Of a stretch of DNA of 60,482 nucleotides, positions 27,210 to 35,332 are shown piece after piece. Each line of letters begins with the position of its first letter. Within the stretch, counting starts at the first letter, position 1. The stretch is from an uncultured Planctomycetia bacterium (GTDB taxonomy: Bacteria > Omnitrophota > Gorgyraeia > Tantalellales > Tantalellaceae). The notes under the pieces are model-generated. The model had not been told where the DNA came from. It searched no databases and worked only from the letters and a program-made list of their open reading frames with translations. The stretch spans positions 1 through 60,482 of the forward strand of contig CAYWDJ010000001.1 of the NCBI GenBank assembly GCA_964457005.1, written 5' to 3'. The position numbers and the translations under genes are program-made.

Positions 27210-28631
27210 TTATCTTGGAAGGAGGATCGTAACCTTTGTTCCTTTGCCGGCCTCGCTATCAATATCAATATGGCCCTTATGAAGCTTCACTATGTGTTTC
27301 ACTATAGCCAATCCCAGTCCTGTTCCTCCAAGCTCCCGGGAACGAGACTTGTCGACTCTGTAGAACCTTTCAAAAATTCTGTCCAAATGCTCTTTTGATA
27401 TGCCGGCGCCGTTATCCTCAACTGTTACCATAACATTGTCCTTCTCTTCAAAAAGAGAAACTCTGATCTCCCCGGACTGTCCGGTATACTTTATGGCGTT
27501 GTCAATCAGATTAACCATAACCTGTTCAATCTTGTCTTTATCTCCTCTGATGTTAAAATGGTCGCCCTTATAACCAACGTTTAACTTCTGTTTCTTCATA
27601 GAAAGTGCGTGGCCGAACCCCCAGACAACTTCATCCAGCAAGCATTTAACATCAAATGTAACTTTCTCAATTCCATCCTTCGGTTGTTCTATTGCGGCAA
27701 GAGTAAGCAGGTCATTTACTATATTGCTGAGTCTGTCAGCATGTTTTCCCATAATTGAAAGAAATCTTTTGGCATTTTCTTTATCATCTATCGCCCCATC
27801 TTCCAGTGTTTCGATGAATCCCTTAATGGAAGTAAGCGGGGTCTTCAGCTCATGTGATACATTCGCAACAAAATCTGTCCTGATTTGATCATTCTTTTTC
27901 AGACTATCTATCTTATTCTGCAATTCATCAGCCATGTGGTTAAACGCTTTGGCCAGACCACCAAGCTCATCAGTTGTAGTTAAATCAACTCTCTTACTGA
28001 AATTTCCCTTTGCAATGCTATTAGCCGTTTCACTCATCTTATGAATGGGTAGAGTGATGTTCTTCGATATAAAATATCCTATCAGAAGAGTCACAACTAT
28101 CGCCAATATGCCTCCTACAATAAATATTTTGTTTAGAACCCCTACTTCTTGTTCTAGCGCTGTAAGTGGCAGCGCTAGCCTTACGACACCTATAACCTCG
28201 CCATTTTTTTCAATCGCTACGGCCAAGTATTTCATGCTTAGCCCCAAAGTGTTGCTCATACGCACACTTTCGCCCAAGCCGGCATCAACAGCAGCTGCGA
28301 CTTCTTCCCTATCAATATGGCTTTCCATCAAGACAGGGTTTTTCTCTGAATCGCCAAGAACCTTACCAGTTCTATCTACTACCGTTACCCTTAGCCCAAG
28401 TTTTTCAGCTATATATTCCGTTTTTTCCTGGACAGAGTCCTGGTTATTGCCGGACAGGTCATCGCTTAAAATATCGCCCGCAAGGAGTGCGTTACTAGCG
28501 ACATCGTCCGAGATCCTTTTTTCATAATAATCCAGCAATCGTGATCTGACGAAGAAATTCAACACAAGAACCGCGATCAATATCAAAAAAATGTTCGCAC
28601 CCCAGAATTTCCAGATTATCCTGTTCTTCAT
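27210..28631 (-). CDS. phoR: PhoR-like sensor histidine kinase (TM-sensor-TM-HAMP-HisKA-HATPase)
   Basis: H-box FVANVSHELKTPLTSIKGFIETL is near-identical to the Bacillus PhoR H-box. N, G1 and G2 boxes are present (NLIDNAIKYT, VEDNGAGIS, GGTGLGLAIV). Confidence 0.75.
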   Translation of the reverse strand: MKNRIIWKFWGANIFLILIAVLVLNFFVRSRLLDYYEKRISDDVASNALLAGDILSDDLSGNNQDSVQEKTEYIAEKLGLRVTVVDRTGKVLGDSEKNPVLMESHIDREEVAAAVDAGLGESVRMSNTLGLSMKYLAVAIEKNGEVIGVVRLALPLTALEQEVGVLNKIFIVGGILAIVVTLLIGYFISKNITLPIHKMSETANSIAKGNFSKRVDLTTTDELGGLAKAFNHMADELQNKIDSLKKNDQIRTDFVANVSHELKTPLTSIKGFIETLEDGAIDDKENAKRFLSIMGKHADRLSNIVNDLLTLAAIEQPKDGIEKVTFDVKCLLDEVVWGFGHALSMKKQKLNVGYKGDHFNIRGDKDKIEQVMVNLIDNAIKYTGQSGEIRVSLFEEKDNVMVTVEDNGAGISKEHLDRIFERFYRVDKSRSRELGGTGLGLAIVKHIVKLHKGHIDIDSEAGKGTKVTILLPR

Positions 28632-28635
28632 ATAC

Positions 28636-29319
28636 TTATAGCTCCTTGAACCTGTACCCTGTTCCCCTTACGGTTTCAACGTACTCCCTTGCCTTACCAA
28701 GCTTTTTTCTTAACGACTTAATATGGGCATCTATCGTCCTGTCATAAACAGCTGAATCGTAGCCAAAAACTCCGTCAAGAAGTTTGTCGCGAGAAAATAC
28801 TACTCCCGGCTGGTGCGCCATGAATTCCAATAATTTAAATTCCGTATGCGTAAGAGAGATCTCTTTATCGTCTACGAGCACTTTGTGCTTTATACTATCT
28901 ATGAGCAAAATTCCACTCTCTATTTTTGTCTGAAGCAAAAGAGGTTCGTTCCTTCTAAATACCACTTTTATTCTTGCGATTAGTTCTCTGGGGCTGAACG
29001 GCTTTGTCACATAATCATCAGCTCCCAGTTCTAACCCGGTAACCTTGTCCACTTCCTGTGATTTGGCAGTAAGCATAATAATGGGTATCTGTCCTGTTAC
29101 CGCATTCTTTTTCAGGCGTTTGCAAACCTCAAACCCGTCAATATCCGGCAGCATCAGATCTAAGAGGACTAAATCCGGACGCTCCTTTTTTGCCAAAGAT
29201 ATTGCTTCTTCTCCATTTAGAACGGCAAATGTCGTATACCCTTCTTTTTTCAGGTTATACTCTATCATTTCAGCTATATCTTTTTCATCTTCGACTATAA
29301 GAATTTTTTGCCTGGCCAT
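28636..29319 (-). CDS. phoB: OmpR/PhoB-family response regulator
   Basis: Receiver domain (ILIVEDEKD, LLDLMLPDIDG, LTAK) plus a winged-helix output (TVRGTGYRF). AAGGAGG SD; 4 nt upstream of phoR. Confidence 0.8.
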   Translation of the reverse strand: MARQKILIVEDEKDIAEMIEYNLKKEGYTTFAVLNGEEAISLAKKERPDLVLLDLMLPDIDGFEVCKRLKKNAVTGQIPIIMLTAKSQEVDKVTGLELGADDYVTKPFSPRELIARIKVVFRRNEPLLLQTKIESGILLIDSIKHKVLVDDKEISLTHTEFKLLEFMAHQPGVVFSRDKLLDGVFGYDSAVYDRTIDAHIKSLRKKLGKAREYVETVRGTGYRFKEL

Positions 29320-29360
29320 TGCCCCTCCTTATTCGAATCATTATAACATATTCCATGGCT

Positions 29361-29434
29361 AAAAAACAAAAAGCCCCAAGCCGTTATGCTTCAACGACTT
29401 GGAGCTTCTATTTTTAAATGGTGGAGGTGCCGGG
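29361..29434 (-). repeat. tRNA/tmRNA-3'-end-like core (16 nt) + rho-independent terminator, downstream of the PGK-fusion gene
   Basis: Minus strand, 30 nt after the stop: CCCGGCACCTCCACCA-TTTAAAAATAGA-AGCTCCAAG(17 nt)CTTGGGGCT-TTTTGTTTTTT. The stem has a G.U on the minus strand but a C.A mismatch on the plus strand. Confidence 0.7.
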
Positions 29435-29463
29435 TAAAAACCAAAGCCCTCAAAACAGAGCAA

Positions 29464-32400
29464 TTAGGCCGCCGTAAGCACCTTGAGAATATTATCAAGT
29501 CCTTGTATGTCCATCGGAACTATAGGCCTTAGAACGTGGCCGATAACATAGCTGAACCTTTCATTAACGGTTTTTCCAGAATCTACCAGATTTGCTATGT
29601 ACTCATCCACATCAGCGGATCCACTGAGATATTCTGAAAGGATAGCTTTCAATACGGTATAACCGGATCTATCCCGATATTCTTCGGAAGGAAGGGTCCT
29701 TGCCAACAATATAGTTTCTAAGACTCCTCTCACAAAAGAATCGTGTCTCTCTCCCCTGCCAGGGATACCCTGCATGCTGAAATTCATGGGCAATACATCC
29801 GCAAAAACCTGTGGATTGGCATCTACTATTTCCTTCAAAACAGAATAGGTCAAATCCGTTGTGAGCAAACCTATCTTCGCCCCTTTATATCTGGCTACAA
29901 TTTCATGTAACCTGCCTATATCAGTATACTGGTTATATTGAACAAATTCGATATTACCGGCAGAAACAGATCCTTTTCCAAAAACTTCATTAATGAATTT
30001 TCCGCATTCTTTCTTGCCAGCAAAACTCTGCGGCACAATAAAAACCATCTTGTTAGATTCCGCGTCAGCCGCGATCTCCATAGCGGCCTTGTCTATAATA
30101 ACATCCGAAACTGGAGCTTCACTCTCTTCAGATTCCTGTTCGCCAGGCGGCATATTAAACATGTTCCAAGCAAGCCCTTTTTCGGTGGCCTTTTTTAAAG
30201 ACTGAACCGCGGGGAGGGGCTTTTGACCCGCTAAATACTGCAATGTAGCTCCTCCGGCAAGCGTCTGATAACTGAATCTATCTCCAAAAATATCCAAGGC
30301 CTTATCCGTATCTCCTCCTCCTCCGAATGAGAACAGATCTCCTTCCTCAGACCTCTCGGAGATCCTTCCGAAAACAATTCTCGTCCCTTCCGCGTATGCA
30401 TCATCGATGTCAAACGCCCCTAAAGGGCCCTTAATATATATCGTCTTTGCGGTATCAACAGCCCCCAGATATCTTCCAACAGTTTCAGGGCCTATATCAT
30501 AGAGCACCAGGTCTGTCCCGGCTAATTCCTCGACCTTAACTACCTTAACACCGTCTGGCCCTTTTACCACAACGTCAACAGGAGCCATAAATTTCCCCTT
30601 ATATGTGCTATCCAACTCTTTTATCTTAGCCAGCGCAGCGTCCAGGTCCATCTTACTTCTTAAGAATGCCACGTTCGCTTCACCTATATCTATACCCCTT
30701 GCCATTAAAAGCACATTCGCCAAGCCACCACCGGTTATGATAGTGCTTACCCAGTTTTCGCTCAATGCCCTTTCCATAAGATCCAGATAATCGTCTATTT
30801 TTATTCCTCCGAGCGCCATAACATAAGGTTGTTCTATCTCCTCGGTAGCTTTACCTAACCCCGTAAGCTCCTTTTCCATAAGACGTCCTGCAACATTAGG
30901 CACTCCGGTAAACCCGACAACACTCGCCGCTGCCCTGTGAGCAACTGAAAAGCCGTCTATTACATGTATGTCGATCAACGGCTGCAAATTCTCGACAAGC
31001 TCACCAAGAGAATGATCAACACCTTTCGCCTGTTCTCCTTTCCAGGAACGAACATTTTTCAGTATCAATATCTGCCCGGGCTTAAGATTACGAATGGCAT
31101 CTTTAGCTGTATCCCCAAACAGGTCATCTATAACTATCACATCATATTTCCTTCCGCTTTCAGGATCTATCGCTTCCATTTCCTGTTTTAAAACCGCCGC
31201 ATGCTGTTCCATAGTTTCAAGATAATCCTTATCACCCGGTCTGCCCTGATGACCCATAACAACTGTTTTGGCTCCTCTATCAGACAGTTCTTTCAATGTT
31301 ACAGCCGCCGCCTTGATTCTATTATTAGTTGTGACCTTCCCGCCTCGCGTCAAAGTCGTATTAATATCGACTCTTACACTTACTGTCCTGTCCTCAACAT
31401 CCACTTCATCCAATGTAAAATATTCTCTCTTTGTCCTATACTTACCAACAGGCACTATGTGCCTGTTATTACGTATCCTGGCTTTCATTAACTCTTGAAA
31501 ACTTGCTGCCTGGTCAGAGTCTACCCCCTCATGGGAGATCCCGGTTCTTCCCAGCAGCCCCGTTCCTCCGGCTGAAGCAGGCGAACCTCTTAATGTCCGC
31601 GCTCCGAATTCCTCCATAAAATAGAACACCATCGTGTCACCCAAACCATAGAGCTCTTTATCCGCACCCCTATTCCAATTTGCTGCCTGGATCCAGTGAA
31701 TAGTATTGGTGTCATTGTCATCATCATATTTAATGACCGTTCCGATCTCTATCCTCTGTTCTCCACTTGCGTCTGTGGATATCAACACAAAACCTTCTTC
31801 TTCATCAGGATCAGAGTAGGCAAGCCCTCCAAACTGGAGTATCCCCGCCTTCTGAATAAGAGGCAGCATGTCAGGACTAAATTTTCTAATCTCAAAGGTC
31901 CGCTCTTTACGCATCTTTCTATTCTGTATCCCGGCCAATATTTCTCTCTCGTCAGCGGCACTCTGCTGAGCTGCATAATAATCAACTTTATCCGGGGTCT
32001 GCCACCTGGTCTCAAAAGACCTCTCGCCGGCAACAGCCAACAGTGCTTTATCCGCCGCGGTTAATACAAGATTTTCGGGATCACTCAGCCATTTAGAGAA
32101 TATTTTCTCCATTTCCCGGCATTGTTTATGTTCTAATCCGGCCTTGGCAAAAACCTCATGCACGATTGCGCTATGAACACTGCCTGCGAACCCTTCAGGA
32201 ATATATATACCTACTCCCCCGGCGTGGGGCTCAGAAAGACCCGGTATAGACATCAACTGGCCTGAAGCTACAAGATTCTTGAACTGTTTGGCTATCGCGG
32301 GATTTACCCATTCAATAAATTCATTGGCTGAACCAACACTACCTATATCCAGGGTCTCAGCCTTCCCGCTGGTTATGGCTTCATGAATGATCTTATCTGC

Positions 32401-32988
32401 CGTATTCTCATGCGCGGCATATGTCATTATCGCGGCGTCATTAGCAACCTCTCGTTTCAAGCGAGCCACAAATTCCATAGCATTCGCCACTGAAGAGGAA
32501 ATTTGAGGAGCGATAAAATTCTCATACTCTTCCGGCGTAAAGACTTTAAACACATAAGTTCCGGACATCTCTTCTTTTATTGCGCAGCATACATAACTAT
32601 TGTCGTTTATGGAACAAGGAATGACCAGAAGATCACCGTCACCGTACTCTTGCTTCTTCCTGATATTGAATATAATGCTATCCCCCGGCCTCTCTATTCC
32701 CTCCGTTCCCTTTTCTTTAAGGATCTCATCAACGATAATGTTACGTCTGATAGCGTTGATGTCTCTACCCTTTTCCGCATACTCATACATTATCGTAGCC
32801 GTTAGCTTCATTACATCCCTAAGCGCGGGGGTCTCAATTGGAGCCAACCGTGATTCCGCGGCAAGATCGTCCACTGAAAGAATGTCTGAAGATATTCTTC
32901 CCCCTGAAAAGGCATCTATCACCATGACATTATTCGCTAAAAACGCGATAGTTGTAATAATTACGAGAAATTGTTTCATAACTTTCAT
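29464..32988 (-). CDS. Multidomain protein: signal peptide/anchor + ~520-aa unknown region + archaeal-type phosphoglycerate kinase domain + ~235-aa unknown C-terminal region
   Basis: The PGK domain (about nt 30190-31430) is collinear with archaeal PGK: FTLDEVDVEDRTVSVRVDIN, LSDRGAKTVVMGHQGRPG, ILILKNVR, FSVAHR, GGIKIDD, ITGGGLAN, GPLGAFD, FGGGGDT. Start trimmed to ATG 32988 (MKVMKQFLVIITTIAFL, AAGGAGA SD); the track ORF extends to 33045. Confidence 0.8.
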   Translation of the reverse strand: MKVMKQFLVIITTIAFLANNVMVIDAFSGGRISSDILSVDDLAAESRLAPIETPALRDVMKLTATIMYEYAEKGRDINAIRRNIIVDEILKEKGTEGIERPGDSIIFNIRKKQEYGDGDLLVIPCSINDNSYVCCAIKEEMSGTYVFKVFTPEEYENFIAPQISSSVANAMEFVARLKREVANDAAIMTYAAHENTADKIIHEAITSGKAETLDIGSVGSANEFIEWVNPAIAKQFKNLVASGQLMSIPGLSEPHAGGVGIYIPEGFAGSVHSAIVHEVFAKAGLEHKQCREMEKIFSKWLSDPENLVLTAADKALLAVAGERSFETRWQTPDKVDYYAAQQSAADEREILAGIQNRKMRKERTFEIRKFSPDMLPLIQKAGILQFGGLAYSDPDEEEGFVLISTDASGEQRIEIGTVIKYDDDNDTNTIHWIQAANWNRGADKELYGLGDTMVFYFMEEFGARTLRGSPASAGGTGLLGRTGISHEGVDSDQAASFQELMKARIRNNRHIVPVGKYRTKREYFTLDEVDVEDRTVSVRVDINTTLTRGGKVTTNNRIKAAAVTLKELSDRGAKTVVMGHQGRPGDKDYLETMEQHAAVLKQEMEAIDPESGRKYDVIVIDDLFGDTAKDAIRNLKPGQILILKNVRSWKGEQAKGVDHSLGELVENLQPLIDIHVIDGFSVAHRAAASVVGFTGVPNVAGRLMEKELTGLGKATEEIEQPYVMALGGIKIDDYLDLMERALSENWVSTIITGGGLANVLLMARGIDIGEANVAFLRSKMDLDAALAKIKELDSTYKGKFMAPVDVVVKGPDGVKVVKVEELAGTDLVLYDIGPETVGRYLGAVDTAKTIYIKGPLGAFDIDDAYAEGTRIVFGRISERSEEGDLFSFGGGGDTDKALDIFGDRFSYQTLAGGATLQYLAGQKPLPAVQSLKKATEKGLAWNMFNMPPGEQESEESEAPVSDVIIDKAAMEIAADAESNKMVFIVPQSFAGKKECGKFINEVFGKGSVSAGNIEFVQYNQYTDIGRLHEIVARYKGAKIGLLTTDLTYSVLKEIVDANPQVFADVLPMNFSMQGIPGRGERHDSFVRGVLETILLARTLPSEEYRDRSGYTVLKAILSEYLSGSADVDEYIANLVDSGKTVNERFSYVIGHVLRPIVPMDIQGLDNILKVLTAA

Positions 32989-33180
32989 ATGTGAAGTCTC
33001 CTTAAATTGGCTAAGTGTACAAAAAATCAAATCGTAAAACTTCAATGCAGCACAATGTAAATGGGTATATTGCTGTCATTTCCGTTCCGACAATTTAAAA
33101 TCTTAACACCACTATCTTACCAGATGAATCTAGTTAGGGCAATAAAAATCTATGTTACTTTTTCATACCTAACATCCTAT

Positions 33181-33208
33181 ATAATAACAGATTAATTTTC
33201 CCTTGTAA
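33181..33208 (-). promoter_or_regulatory. Candidate promoter of the PGK-fusion gene
   Basis: Minus strand reads TTACAA - 16 nt - TATTAT, about 190 nt upstream of ATG 32988. Confidence 0.35.
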
Positions 33209-33394
33209 CACCTTACCATATAAGCATTTACAACTCACGCCGACAGAGGATACCGTAAGATACCCCTTGAAGCCCCTATGCAGGAAACCTTAGCGTGCTC
33301 CACCCTTCCCGCAGCCGAATACAGCGGAACTGAAAATCTGCTCAACCCGATGTGCGGTAGTGACACTATCACCATAGAAGCTGCGTTGATATCT

Positions 33395-33500
33395 TTGATC
33401 AAGGCTCCTTCTTTTAGCCCCACTAGCTCTCACGGTGTTGGCTTGTGGATACTTCTAAGCTCGCTAGTTAACGAGCACTGTTGGGGCCCCGGAAGAGTAC
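33395..33500 (-). repeat. Relic of the modular intergenic repeat (U2-type modules)
   Basis: Plus strand ccttcttttagccccactagctctcacggtgttggcttg matches 58605-58642 with 1 mismatch. The following ttctaagctcgctagttaacgagcactgttgggg parallels 60049-60085. Confidence 0.5.
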
Positions 33501-33574
33501 CATTGTTTTGCAAAGAGGCATAAAAAGAAGTATAATTACAGATAGGGTTTCAAATATATAACAAGGAGACAGAT

Positions 33575-34075
33575 ATGGGAAAAATGTTCGATGAAAAAGG
33601 TAAATTAAATATCCCCGTAGCGGGATCTATCAGCATACCAAAATCAAAGATACATAAAAAAGGCAATCAACTTATTATCAGCAAGGCATACTGCCCAAAA
33701 GGGCACAGCCTCATGAGCAACGTACAAGTTGATGGTGAACCGGGACTTCATTTTATTTATACGAATAAAGCAGACACGAAAGAAACAGATATCGTCATCT
33801 CTTCTGTCGTAAAAAAATGCAGAAAAAAGATTTTGAAAGGCGAAGCTTTTAAAAAGAATGAAATGGTTAAGATTCTCTGCCCCACATGCCGGACAGAACT
33901 TGATATACTGTTCGACTGCGAATGTGGTGCACCCATATATATATTTTATCTAGACAAAAAGCGAAATTACTATTATGGTCAGTCTTTCTGCTCCCGAATC
34001 GGGTGTGTAAAGGCAAGTCAACTTCGTTTCTCACAAGATACACTCCAAGAATTCATCACCAAACACACATTTTAG
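33575..34075 (+). CDS. Hypothetical Cys-rich (zinc-ribbon-like) protein, 166 aa
   Basis: AAGGAGA SD. CPKGH...CPTCRTELDILFDCECG...CSRIGC cysteine pairs. It is one of only three plus-strand genes and I recognise no family. Confidence 0.5.
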   Translation: MGKMFDEKGKLNIPVAGSISIPKSKIHKKGNQLIISKAYCPKGHSLMSNVQVDGEPGLHFIYTNKADTKETDIVISSVVKKCRKKILKGEAFKKNEMVKILCPTCRTELDILFDCECGAPIYIFYLDKKRNYYYGQSFCSRIGCVKASQLRFSQDTLQEFITKHTF

Positions 34076-34104
34076 AAACATATAAAAACACTGCCCACAT
34101 ACAC

Positions 34105-34310
34105 AAAAATCCCACCGCCTTGGATGGCAGTGGGATTTGATTTTTGGTGGAGGTGCCGGGATTCGATATGCGGTGGAGTTGTAACTTGTTCTACCCCATA
34201 CACTTATGACATAACTTGTTTATTTGTAAAAGATTTTGGATTCCACACAGCATACAACATCTTACAAGGTTTTCCCCTGGATTCACTTTGGATGGGCGCG
34301 TTTTGGGCAC
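34105..34310 (-). repeat. Long copy A of the repeat: ~165-nt body + 22-nt tRNA-like 3' end + terminator (possible structured RNA or att-like site)
   Basis: The minus strand starts at the HK stop and runs ...GCGCCCATCCAAAGTGAATCCAGGGGAAAACCTTG...ATCGAATCCCGGCACCTCCACCA (core 34166-34145). It continues AAAATCAA-ATCCCACTGCC(6)GGCGGTGGGAT-TTTTGTG. The hairpin (34109-34136) has a G.U on the minus strand and a C.A on the plus strand. The plus-strand T-run also lets it terminate the convergent 33575..34075 gene. Confidence 0.75.
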
Positions 34311-35317
34311 TAAACTGGTAAGATAAAATAGAACGTAGAGCCTTCATTTATTGTGCTTTTAACCCCTATTTTCCCGCCGTGAGCTTTTACTATTTTCTTA
34401 GTAATTGCAAGCCCCAGACCTATTTGTGTATCGCTCCCCTTGGGCTTTATAGTGGAAACATAAAACTCTTTAAATATTTTGTTTAGGTCTTCATCTGGGA
34501 TACCTACACCATGATCTATAACTTTTGTGGTGACATTCTTTGCATCACTGGATATCTCGACTTCTATAGCAGAATTATCACGCGAGTATTTAATAGCATT
34601 GCTCAAAAGGTTATCTAATCCCTGTCTCATCCTTCGGGGATCAAAACATATTGATGGAATATCCCCCAAAACCTTTAACTCCACATTAATCCCACGTTTC
34701 TGTGCGACAAACCTGTTAAGTTCAATATTGTCATCAACAAAAGCTACATAATCAGATCTCACCTTATTCAGATCTAATTTTCCGGCCTCTACCTTGGAAA
34801 CATCTAGAAAATTATCGATAAGATCCTTCATCATGACAGATTGAGCTTCAACGACTCCGACATATTTCATGGCTTTTTCGTCTTCCTGAACACTTTTACT
34901 GGACGATATGACCTTTGATGCCATATTCATTACCGAGATAGGATTCCTGAGATCGTGTGCGGCCATACCCAAAAACTTATTCTTCAGATCGTTTATACGT
35001 TCAAGTTGTTTGTTCTTCTCGTACAGTTCTCTCTGCAGTTTAATGGTTTTATTTTCGATCCTGTTCTTAGTAGCTATAATTTCAAGAACAACAAACAAAA
35101 CAAGCGCACAGACGATCACTGTGATCAGGTTCTCAAAAGTGGCTTCACGCCAGTTGACCCGACTCGGCGGCGCACCGAACAAAATATGTGAAAGGTCAAA
35201 TATCTCCTCCACCCAGGAAACTACACACAAGGCAAGAAAGCCCGCGATAACGGTAGCTACGATCCTCCCGGTAAAAATTTTGGCCCCTATCCCTTTTTCT
35301 TTTTTTCCAGCTTCCAT
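34310..35317 (-). CDS. Orphan membrane sensor histidine kinase (HisKA + HATPase_c)
   Basis: Two N-terminal TM helices, H-box FLGMAAHDLRNPISV, N box LLSNAIKYS, G boxes DHGVGIP and GLGLAITKKIV. No adjacent response regulator. Confidence 0.85.
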   Translation of the reverse strand: MEAGKKEKGIGAKIFTGRIVATVIAGFLALCVVSWVEEIFDLSHILFGAPPSRVNWREATFENLITVIVCALVLFVVLEIIATKNRIENKTIKLQRELYEKNKQLERINDLKNKFLGMAAHDLRNPISVMNMASKVISSSKSVQEDEKAMKYVGVVEAQSVMMKDLIDNFLDVSKVEAGKLDLNKVRSDYVAFVDDNIELNRFVAQKRGINVELKVLGDIPSICFDPRRMRQGLDNLLSNAIKYSRDNSAIEVEISSDAKNVTTKVIDHGVGIPDEDLNKIFKEFYVSTIKPKGSDTQIGLGLAITKKIVKAHGGKIGVKSTINEGSTFYFILPV

Positions 35318-35332
35318 ATATGAGTACTTGCC

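Noticed and set aside
32989-33045. Longer start (MKFYDLIFCTLSQFKETSH...) for the PGK-fusion ORF
   Set aside because: No SD precedes it. The AAGGAGA SD lies inside this extension, 9 nt upstream of ATG 32988, which also yields a clean signal peptide.
33280-33345. Resemblance to a T-box (GGGTGGAGCACGC on the minus strand) or to the RNase P CUCCACCC region
   Set aside because: Only a 6-8-nt match is present. The other obligatory conserved elements are missing (specifier/AGAGA/GNUGGNA for a T-box; GGAAAGUCCGG and ACAGAA for RNase P). The genomic context is also wrong.
33235-33523. Track ORFs of 62 aa (minus) and 81 aa (plus) in the long intergenic gap
   Set aside because: Neither has an SD. The plus ORF is partly the translation of a repeat module, and the same 'peptide' SFSPTSSHGVGL appears at 58.6 kb. 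There, a homologous copy (60.0 kb) carries a stop. This is not coding.
34145-34210. Plus-strand reading of the core as a tmRNA 5' end (GGAGGTG-CCG-GGATTCGAT), or as a mini-ORF MVEVPGFDMRWSCNLF...
   Set aside because: GGATTCGA is simply the reverse complement of the T-loop-like TCGAATCC. The hairpin asymmetry (G.U on the minus strand, C.A on the plus strand) says the element is read on the minus strand. The mini-ORF has no SD and lacks an ATG in two copies (52595, 60159). Its length and sequence after MVEVPG are not conserved.
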